The translations under genes were made by a program, and so were the position numbers. Of a stretch of DNA of 64,000 nt, positions 12,884 to 23,700 are shown piece by piece. The notes beneath the pieces were generated by a model. That model worked only from the letters and a program-made list of their open reading frames with translations, had not been told where the DNA came from and did not search any database. The DNA is taken from positions 55,738,001-55,802,000 of the forward strand of contig NC_043008.1 of NCBI RefSeq assembly GCF_006345805.1, written 5' to 3'. Position 1 is the first letter of the stretch; each line of letters starts with the position of its first letter. The DNA is from Octopus sinensis (Eukaryota).

Positions 12884-13149
12884 ATATATTACTATATATA
12901 TTTTGTTATACACAGTGAAGTGGAGTAGGGTGGTCAGATCACAAATGCACAAATGATTATGATGACTAACAATAGTTATTGATATTACTACAAAATTACA
13001 ATAATTTTTTCCCACTTTGCAGATGAGATAACATAGTAGAGACCCATCCAACCCATGCCAACGTGTGTATGTGTGTGTGTGTATGTATATATGTATACAC
13101 ACAGGCGCATGCATGCACACACACACACGTCAGGCTTCTTTCAGTTTCT

Positions 13150-13562
13150 TATTTCTTTATTGCCCACAAGGGGCTAAACATAGAGGGGACAAACAAGAAC
13201 CGATAAAGGGATTAAATCGATTACATCGACCCCAGTGTGTAACTGGTACTTAATTTATCGACCCCAAAAGGATGAAAGGCAAAGTCGACCTTGGCGGAAT
13301 TTGAACTCAGAACATAAAGACAGATGAAATACCTATTTCTTTAGGAACCACAAGGGGCTAAACACAGAGGGGACAAACAACGACAGACAGACGGATTAAG
13401 TCAACTATATCGACCCCAGTGCATAACTGGTACTTAATTTATTGACCCCGAAAGGATGAAAGGCAAAGTCGACCTTGGCGGAATTTGAACTCAGAACATA
13501 AAGACAGATGAAATACCATTAAGCATTTTGCCCGGAGTGCTAACAATTCTGCCAGCTCACCG
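13150..13562 (-). mobile_element. Dimeric Nin-type SINE
   Basis: Two units; TSD CTTCTTTCAGTTTCT (13135-13149 and 13564-13578) inside a family-B SINE. Confidence 0.85.
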
Positions 13563-15304
13563 TCTTCTTTCAGTTTCTGCCTACCAAATCCACTCACAAG
13601 GCATTGGTCAGCCTGGGGCTATTGTAGGAGACAATTTTTCCAAGGTGCTATGCAGTGGAACTGAACTCAAAACCATGTGGTTGCAAAGTGATTTTCTTAC
13701 CACACAGCCACGCCTCCACCCTTCTATTATAATTACAGAGCTTAATTATAGATTATTGCCAACATATTCTTGGCACTTTTACAACAGCTATAAGCTTATA
13801 CTTCGGCCATATTAATAGTTCAGATGGGCTGGTGTGATGCCAGGTTTCTATAACAAGAGTGCCAAAATTGGGTCCAGCCTGCAACAGCTTGCACTATCCT
13901 GTTTTGGAATGGCAGATAGTAAAGACTGCCAATCAGCTAAACAGTAGAATACAGCACAGTGTAACTATACTTGATCTCAGGCAGTGATATTTGCAATTTG
14001 TAAAAGGATTAACTCTTGACCACTTCAAGTATAGTCTAAATGATTAAGAGCTGTTAATTCTCTATTCACTCTATCAAACTGGAAAATCTTGGCTATGCTA
14101 CAATTAATACTGGCTGTTGTAATAGCATGTATAAATACTTACAATAAAATTGTTGCTCAATTTTATATTCAAATATTATGCTTAATATTAATGTACACAA
14201 CACAATGTCAGATGAATAGTGACATCATAGGAGAAAGGACTCCTTTGTCTTGTCGGCAACAAGGTATACCCTCTAGTGCTGGTGCCACGAAAAAATGCAC
14301 CTGGTGTACTCTGTACTACATTGGCAAATGAACAAAAAGCAATGGAGGGTTGGGTGGATTCTTCAGTCATGAAGAGAACCTTTCTGGCACTGATGCTATG
14401 ATAATGTGCACCCAGAATACTCTGTAAATTGGTTGGCATCAGGAAGGACATCTAGCTGTAGAATCTAAGCCAAAAATGGAATGTGCAACTGAGAGCAAGA
14501 TGAGATCGTCGACCCATACAGGAAGGCAGTAACTTCAAATAAGAACAAATCTTGGACAGTGAGAACTCATCCAGTGGAAAAGTGTACACAAAATGATGAT
14601 GATGGTGATGATTTTCCCATACTAGTATTAGAAGGAGGATTTCTGAAAACTTGAGACATTTTCTATATGAATTACCTCAATTAGGGATCTACAACAGCAG
14701 TAGCAAGGTTTAAACTCAAGGCTATGAGATTGCTAATTAAGCACCTTCATTTTGTTTGTTTTTACATATTTTTCCATGATAAGATGGATTAGACAAATAT
14801 ATTATCAAGGCATTATTTTACAGCTGGATGCCTTTCCTGTTGCTAAACCTCCATGTTTTTCATCAGCTTCTTTGTACTATACTATATGCTATCTTATACA
14901 TATCTACATAAAAAGAATGGTTTATAGCAGGAATCCCTAACCACTGAGTCACAGATCATTTGGTACCAGGCCATAGAGAAAGAATAAATTTCAAAATTTT
15001 ATTTCTATTTTATTGACTATCACAGTCTGCAGGATGTTTTGGCATTATACATATAATATATAAGGTTGACAGAATCGTTTACATGTCAGACAAAGTACTT
15101 AGCGGCATTTTGTCCATCTCTACATTCTGAGTTCAAATTCTGCCAATATCAACTTTGCCTTTCATCCTTTTTGGGGGCTGATAAAGTAAATATTAGTTGA
15201 GCACTGGGAGTTAATGTAATTGACTTACCCCTCCACCCAACCCCACTGCCCTGAAATTGCTGGCCTTGAGGGGACAAACACAGACACATAAACATACACA
15301 CACC

Positions 15305-15339
<35 letters not shown>

Positions 15340-16329
15340 GATGGGCTTCTTTCAGTTTCCATCTACCAAATCCACTTACAAGGCTTATTCAATCAGTCTC
15401 TTTTTGACAAGCTGCTAAGTTAGAAGGATATAAACAAACCAACACTGAATGCCAGGTAGTGAGACAGAAGCACAAAGACACCTGTACATACACACACACA
15501 CATGATAGTTTTCCACATAGTTTTTGCTTACCAAATTCATTCACAGCCCCAGGACTATAGTGAAAGACACTTGCCTATGGTGCTGTAGAGTAGAAGTGTA
15601 AGCCAAGAAGCAATTGAAACCTGATTGTGAAGAAAAGTTCTTAAAAACGTAGCTATACCTATGCAATAATGTTTACAATTAAGAAAAAAAATCAACACTA
15701 AATTTATGAAGAAAAAAAAAAGGAAAAAGAAACTGTATTAAAAAAGTCAACATTAACTGTTTTAATTACAACACAAAAAGAATGCCTATATTAGCTTAGC
15801 TGAGTAAGTAACCTTAGTTAATAATTAACTAAATTGGATTAAGAGCTTATATAGATTAACTATTTCTTTTACATTGACCAAATAACAAAAATACTAATGC
15901 TATCGCTTTCAGGTTTTCAATACATTCATCATCATCATCATCATTTAACATCCATTTTCCATGCTAGCATGGGTTGGACAGTTACCGGGGTCTGGGAAGC
16001 CAGGAGGCTGCACCAGGCTCCAGTCTCATCTGGCAGTGTTTCTACAGCTGGATGCCCTTCCTAACGCCAACCACTCCGTGTGTAGTGGGTGCTTTTTATG
16101 TGCCACCAGCACAGGTGCCAGGAGAGGCTGGCAACGGCCACTATCGGTTGGTGCTTTTTACGTGTCACTGGCACAGAAGCCAGTCAAGGCAGCGCTGGCA
16201 TCAGCCACGTTCGGATGGTGCTTTTTACGTGCCACCGGCACAGGTATCACAACTACAATTTCTATTTGATTTTTGATTTTCTTTACATAAAATTAGATGT
16301 TTGTTTATTTATAAAATATACGACCAAAG

Positions 16330-16800
16330 GTGAGGATAGACGTGAAAACTGAACTGGCTATTTTTGCCAGCCTCCCCTCTTCTGAGATCAAATGCTGGAG
16401 GTGCTAGGTGATAACTGAAACAGTTACGACTGCGAATACAAGTGGTTGAAACTGGGTTCCTCAGAAGGGTCTCTGGAGTAATGTTACTCAAGAGGGTATG
16501 CAGCTCAGAAATCAGGATGTTTCTCTGGGCCAAGCGGCCACTTCTGTGCATTGAGGTCACAGCTCCAGTACTCTGGACATGTGAATACAATGCTGCAGGA
16601 AACAATTGCATGACAGATTCTTCAAGCTGAGCTGAGAGGAAATCTAGAGGCAGACCAAGAGAAAGATTGTTGGATAAAATCCAGTCTCAGTTGCTAATGC
16701 CTGGGAATCCAGTCAAAAAATGTAATGACAGCTGCTTCTGATAGGACTCTGTGGAAGAAGGGCCTGAGGACTCTGCTCCCAGGAATAGTGGGCAGAAAAG
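16330..16800 (+). mobile_element. Decayed RTE-like LINE fragment
   Basis: RIQVVETGFLRRVSGVMLL.RV.SSEIR, GHV and RGRPR remnants. Confidence 0.7.
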
Positions 16801-16940
16801 ATGGATGGGTGGATGGATGTGAAATATATCATTACCTCATTACCCACATAATTTAACTTTCTCTTATACAACCAGTTAGCACTGATCAGTCATTATTTGA
16901 TTATTTGTGAAGGCACATAGTCTAGTGATTAAATGTCACT

Positions 16941-17282
16941 TTATTTACATTATTTACATTTGACGGATATTTGTCGTTGTTAACACAACATTTCGGCTGA
17001 TATACCCTCCAGCCTTCTTCAGATGTCTTGGGGAAATTTCGAACCTGGATTCTCATTCCTAAAGTATTTTTCGATGTTGTTGTTATTATTATTATTATCA
17101 TTATTATTATATTATTATTATTATTATTATTATTGTTAGTGTTCAGGTCACTGCTTGGAATCGAACTCGGAATCTTGGGGTTAGTAGCCAGCGCTCTTAA
17201 CCACTACACCATATGCCTGAGGACAAATATCTGTCAAATGTAAATAATGTACATAATTCCTCACCTCTTAAATATAGAACTG
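16941..17282 (-). mobile_element. tRNA-headed element with hammerhead-like tail and inverted terminal segment (Penelope-associated)
   Basis: Pol III A/B-box head at 17217-17145, (AAT)n, then CTGAAGA-stem-GAAA core at 17022-16991; the terminal segment is inverted at 17221-17250. Second copy at 41901-42097. Confidence 0.6.
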
Positions 17283-17737
17283 AATAAAATGTCAGCTGTC
17301 AAATAAGTCAGCCTCAAATCATCTTCACCAAAATGACTGTGCTTAAATGTTCACACTCACTCATGCGTGACAGCCATGGTTTTGGACAATGCATCTGATC
17401 TGTCAGATGTCCTGTAACAGTTAATAGAGAGCTAGCACTATTGAATTTGGTGGCAGTGTGAATGACATTTATGTATTTATTAAATGTATTATTATCTAAG
17501 AAAATTAGGATAAAACAGCTGATATTGCCACTATGAATTGTGACTGAGCCATAAGTATGGTTCAATTGCTTTCTATTCTACTTGCTGCAGACTAATACAT
17601 AAGCAAAAAAAAAAAAGCTTTTTTCTTTCTAATTTTTTTCAGGTTAGAACATGGAGCATTTAAAACATCATTGTCTAAAAATAACGAATACGTGTGCGTG
17701 CATATATAACCACACATGCACACATATAGTTTATATA

Positions 17738-18813
17738 TAGGGTGTTCCAGAAGTCTTGGGCACATTTTGACATTGAATATCTCGAAAACTATTAAGGACA
17801 TAAAAACGCATCCTGGTATATTCTGAAAGCCTGTAATTTCAAGATGTTTTATGGAATGTCCAAAGATGTTCAATGTGAGCACCGCTGGTCACACAGCATA
17901 CATCAAGCCGATAGTCCAATTCTTGCCAAATGCACTCCAGCATTGCGTTATCGATGGTTGCAACAGCTTTTGTTATTTGGGCCTTCAATTCATCCATGTC
18001 TTTTGGAAGGGGAGGCACATAGACGAGTTCTTTCACAAACCCCCACAAAAAGAAATCGCAGCGTGTGAGGTCTGGAGACCCGGGAGGTCAGGGCATGAGA
18101 ATGCAATCATCTCGCCCAGACTGTCCAATCCATCTGTCTGGCAGTGTTGTGTTCAGATACTGTCGAACCCTGACTCTTCCTCACTCAACTTACTCATTAA
18201 TCAGTTTTCCAGCATGTCGAGGTATGTGTCACCATTGGCTGTTGCTCCTTCAAAGAAGAATGGTCCGTAGACAGCTTTCTTGGACATGGCACAAAACACG
18301 TCCACCTTTGGGGAATCTCGCTGATGCTCAAGAAGTTCATGTGGGTTTTCAGTACCCCACATGCGAGTGTTATGCTTGTTAACTTTGCCATTTACGTGGA
18401 AGGTTGCCTCATCGCTAAAATCAAGCCGGTCATCAAATCCGTCATCTTCCAACTTCTCTTGCATTGCAATGCAAAAGTCATGACAAGCTGGTTTATCAGT
18501 GACCTGCAACTGTTGGACTAACTGTCTTTTTAAGATATGCCAAACAGTTGTTATAAGAAGTTGAAGTTCCCTATTGACTCTTCTGATCGATTTACAGGGG
18601 CTCCGCTCGAAGGCAATTCGAACTTGCTCAACCGCATCATCTGAAGTTTAGGGGTGTCCCGTTCTCTTAGCTGGGCACAAATGCCCATCGTTCATGAATT
18701 TACCATGCCATCTCAATATGGACTTCCTTCCTGGTGCTTCTTTTGGTACCAGTTTCATCTTACTACCAATCATAGTTCAGCAGATATGTGCTCAAGACTT
18801 CTGGAACACCCAG
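17738..18813 (-). mobile_element. Decayed Tc1/mariner transposon (rosa/DD41D-like)
   Basis: ~28-bp TIRs (GGGTGTTCCAGAAGTCTTG.GCACAT) with TA flanks. Broken transposase: FSDEATFHVNGKVNKHNTRMWG, GPFFF, WGFVKELVY...GAHIEHL. Confidence 0.9.
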
Positions 18814-18815
18814 TA

Positions 18816-18855
<40 letters not shown>

Positions 18856-19388
18856 CATAAATACATACATACACACACACACATATATATATATGCATGC
18901 ATACAGCTACACACATATACATACATGCACATCTCTGTATGTATGTATGTATGTTTGTACAAACACAGAGAGAGAGAGGAATTATTGTGTAGATACTCCA
19001 CATAAAGAAAAACCTTAATAGAAAAGAGAACCCACATTTGACATGTACATGTATATATATATTAGTAGACCGTTACCACTATTAAAATTAAAATTAAAAG
19101 AGAGAGGAAGCTTAGTAATTATATAATATTTTGCTGTGTGTTAGTAGATTAAAAAAAAAAAAAAAGGAGGTACAATTGATGAAGCAACTATGTGCATTAA
19201 AATGTTACCTTGACATTGGTTGATTTAGCCTGGAAAGGAAGCAGGAAGACAAGAGTTATTTCAATACCAAACATGCAAGAAGTGGCCATAATCAAACAAA
19301 CACAAAATAGAAAAAAAAACAATAAAAAAAGGACAACAAATCAAACAAAAAAAAATGCAAAAACAGAAATAAACGGCAAGATTAAATA

Positions 19389-19612
19389 TTAACCCTTTAG
19401 CATTCAGATTAATTTGTCAAATGTAATACTTATTTATTCACATCATTTTGAATTAGTCATGGATTATCTCATAGCTTTGAGATTTCAATGTAATTGTTTG
19501 TTTTAGAATGACACTGCGGGGCAGGTGTGAGAGGCTGAAACTAGTCTAAAAATAAAAACAGTGTAATATTTATTTTAACCATATATTACAGGTTTAAATG
19601 CTTAAGGGTTAT
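19389..19612. mobile_element. TTAA MITE family B
   Basis: TTAACCCTTTAGCATTCAGA...ATGCTTAAGGGTTA. Related copies at ~320-692, ~26694-26890 and ~39156-39683 (the last interrupted by a SINE). Confidence 0.7.
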
Positions 19613-20142
19613 ATATATATATAAAAAAAAAAGGGAAACGAAAGCAACAGAGAGGCAATACGTTTGCTGTAGAAAGCTGTCAATGAAGAGTTGTTATAAT
19701 AATTATCATGAAACACATGAATCAGATTAATTTTTATACATTGTCAAAACAAGGAAAAACAAATCATCACAGCATGGCTTGAAAAAAAATAAAATGAAAC
19801 CAAAGGAAAAATAAAATGAAACAAGCAAGTTAATGTCAGCCAATGATGAAAGCATTTTGCAACAAAAATCGTTTTATATGGTGGCTCATGAATTAAGATA
19901 TACAGGGTGGAAATGCATGAAATTTCGAACCAATGTATGAGTGGTATGACTTGTGTTACAGAAGCATTGCCTTCGTGAAAATCTTGCAGGCACAGTCAGT
20001 TGTGTGGTTAAGAAATTTGCTTTGCAACCAGGTGGTTTTGGGTTCAGCTTCACTATGCAGCAGCACCTTGGACAAAAGTCTATCTTCTGCTATAGTCTCA
20101 GGGTTGGCCAGTGCCTTGTGAGTGAATTTGATAGAGAGAAAA

Positions 20143-20742
20143 GGCAGCGAGCTGGCAGAAACATTAGCACGCCGGGCAAAATGCTTAGTGGTATTTCGTC
20201 TGCCGCTACGTTCTGAGTTCAAATTCCGCCGAGGTTGACTTTGCCTTTCATCCTTTCGGGGTGGATAAATTAAGTACCAGTTACACACTGGGGTCGACGT
20301 AATCGACTTAATCCGTTTGTCTGTCGTTGTTTGCCCCCTCTATGTTTAGCCCCTTGTGGGTAGTAAAGAAATAGGTATTTAGTCTGCCGTTACGTTCTGA
20401 GTTCAAATTCCGCCGAGGTCGACTTTGCCTTTCATCCTTTCGGGGTCGATAAATTAAGTACCAGTTACACACTGGGGTCGACGTAATCGACTTAATCCGT
20501 TTGTCTGTCCTTGTTTGCCCCCTCTGTGTTTAGCCCCTTGTGGGTAGTAAAGAAATAGGTATTTAGTCTGCCGTTACGTTCTGAGTTCAAATTCCGCCGA
20601 GGTCGACTTTGCCTTTCATCCTTTCGGGGTGGATAAATTAAGTACCAGTTACACACTGGGGTCGACGTAATCGACTTAATCCGTTTGTCTGTCCTTGTTT
20701 GCCCCCTCTATGTGTAGCCCCTTGTGGGCAATAAAGAAATAA
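20143..20742 (+). mobile_element. Trimeric Nin-type SINE nested in another SINE
   Basis: Head GGCAGCGAGCTGGCAGAAAC..., three near-identical units with a 184-bp period and junction AAAGAAATAG|GTATTT. Confidence 0.88.
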
Positions 20743-23700
20743 GAAACTGGCTGCATCCATATCTATACACGTGTGCATGTGCATGTCTTTGTCTTTGTCC
20801 TCCCTCATTCCTTGATAGCGATGTTGGTTTGTTTACATCCATAAATAACATCAGTTTGGCAAAAGGGACAGATAAATCAAGTTCCAGATTTAAAAAAACA
20901 ATTCCTGGGTTCAATTTGTTTAACTAAACCCATCAAGGCAGTGCACCAGCATGGCCACAGTTCAAGTAAAATATAAAAGATATGGAATTCTGTAACCAGA
21001 AACATTTTTTTTTCATTGATTAACTTCTATGTAAGATTGAAGTTGACAGGAAAATAAGTTTCATGTTATAGAACTTCACAACACAGCAAGACTTTTCAAG
21101 AACGCAAAGCTTCTGCAATGCAGATGATTCTTATATTTGAGATTTGTAACAGCAGTATCAACATGAACCGAGGGTAAGTATGAAAATTCAATGAAATAAA
21201 CTCGAATAAATATATTGAAACATAGTGAGGAAATAGTGAGAGAGAGGGAGTATGTTTATGTATGTATGTGAGAAAGAAAGATAAGGGAACAGGGAGAGGT
21301 GTTTATAAAGACACGGTTATGGTGAACCTATGCCACGCATGTCAGTATTGGTACACAATGAGGTTTTAGGTGAAGCATTTACCAAAACTATATCTACATG
21401 AAAGTGATATTCCAGTAACGAGATTAATATTAAAGAACTGAACATTTTCAACAAGCTAGGTTAAGTCGTCTAGGGGTATACATAAGTTGTGCCATAAGTC
21501 GTCTAGGGGTATACAACAAATCTATTTCTCCATTATTTTTAATTGTTTACAGTTAACCCTTCAGTGATTTTACTTCTAATGAACTGACTTCCCTAAGGGT
21601 TTAATTAACTTTCAATATATAATCAAGATTTAGAACAGGTTTAGTAAAATATATTCATCATGATCATCATCATCATTGTTTAACGTCTGCTTTCCATGCT
21701 AGCATGGGTTGGACAATTTGACTGAGGGCTGGCAAACCAGATGGTTGCACCAAGCTTCAATCTTGATCTGGCAGAATTTCTACAGCTGGATGCCCTTCCG
21801 TTATTATCATTATTATTATCTTATTTCTATTATAGTCTACTGGCACGCTCAGGGGCATATCAGGCTTTGAGATCCATATTTGTAGACAATGCCTTAGTCT
21901 TTGTTATGGATCTTTCATCAGTCCCAAAACTGATGAGAGGTCCATAAGAAATGTAACCATTAAATAATTATTCACAAAACATAGATTTCTAAACCTAAGG
22001 TATCCCCAACCATGCTAACAGACTATACTATTAACCACGTTCAGCTCTAGTGACTATACAGAGCGACCTTCTTTCACCCGTGACTTCCTGTCGAAGCTTT
22101 TGATACTACCTATACATACCTCATCAGTAGTTCTGCAAAGAAGCACATGCTAAAATAATAGAGTTGTAATACATTTAGAAGGTTGATTGTTGTGGCTGGT
22201 CAAATATCATTGCCCCACTCCACTTGTAGAGAGGTTATGTTCCTCCGGCCATTTGAGTCTGATGAGTTACCTATACAACTAAGTATTTCATAAGTGTGAA
22301 ACCAATGGTCACTTTCTGACTGAGCATAACAATCAGCCTTTTAAACACACACACACACACACAAATGCTATGTAAGTGTTAACCAACCGAATTCATGGTG
22401 TCACATTAATTTAATTAAGATCTGCTTTAAACATTAACACTTTAAGTAAGGGTGATCTCAGGGAGGTTGATACTAACAGTTAAACATATTAAACCTATAA
22501 AATAATGAAAATTAGTTTACAAGGTACGCTAATTCCTTTTACCCACATCCACAGATTGTTCCTCATTAAATTATTTCCTTATATTTTGCACAAAAGTTAG
22601 AAACTGTAATTTTTAAACTTTATTTTTTTCAAAGCAGGGTCATTTTCCGAAAGCTGTTTTATGACAACTTCACTTTATGAAAATAATGGAAACTTGATTT
22701 GTCAAAGGAAACTAACTGTAACAGGAGAAAGTTATGAGCAAAAAAACATTTAAAATTTGTCTCCTCCTTACTTAAGTCTTTGAGAAAAGAAAGAATAAAT
22801 AAAAAGGGTAACAAGACTGTGAAGTAGACAAAGCCTGAAGAGAAAAGCAGAGCAGCTGAACAATTCACATAACAAATACATTGTTTTCAGTATATTTTAC
22901 TGTTGATAACATTGCTTTAAGATGTTATTAAGCTACTAAATACAACTGATGAAATTAGTTATTTGAAAACTAACAGTTACAATTACAAATATCAGTTGAA
23001 CTACGTACCCTTCATTTTTGTCTATTTATTGTGAGACTGAAGTGAGCTTTTGGAGCAGCATATCTGTTGTATGGTCGGAAGTTAGTTTCCCAACCACATG
23101 GTCCTAGGTTCAATCCCACCGTGTGACACCTTGAGCAAGTGTCTTAGACTATAGTCCTGGGCCTCCCAAAGCCTTGTGGATGGATTTGGAAGGCAGAAAC
23201 TGAAAGAAGCCTATTGGATATGTGATTTCAGTCTTGCACTAAACACATTACATGGTTTCATGTTAGACTTAAGCCAAGCCTTTGCAGCAATTTATATGAA
23301 GCAAAGATGAAGAATGTCATGGTATAATAAAAATAATAGTCTTTTTGAAAGAAATAACTTATGCTAAAAACTCCACCAATCTAGTTGTATCCCAAGAGAA
23401 TCATTATGCCAGTAATAAACACATGCATTGGTTCTGTAATTAGTCAACTGGTTAACCATTTAATCAACTGACCAATTGATTATTTAATTACTCCTTCAGT
23501 CAATCAATCAGTCAACTAGGTTCGTTAAAGTCCTTTCGTTGCCATTCTTGAACTCATCAATGACATGCCTTCACTAGTCCTGGAGTAGAGAGCAAGTCAT
23601 TGGTGAGATTACAAATGATAATGAAAGAACTTTGATGAACTTAGCAGACTGACTGACTGAGAGATTAATCGAATAACCAATTAATTCATTGGTTAACTAT

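Noticed and set aside
20143-20742. Regular 184-bp repeats resembling a CRISPR array or satellite
   Set aside because: No unique spacers; the units are SINE bodies in a eukaryotic intron.
21072-21173. Plus-strand AG...GG|GTAAGT segment and a plus-strand acceptor at ~27789, suggesting a nested gene
   Set aside because: No coherent ORF or homology; cannot be supported without RNA data.
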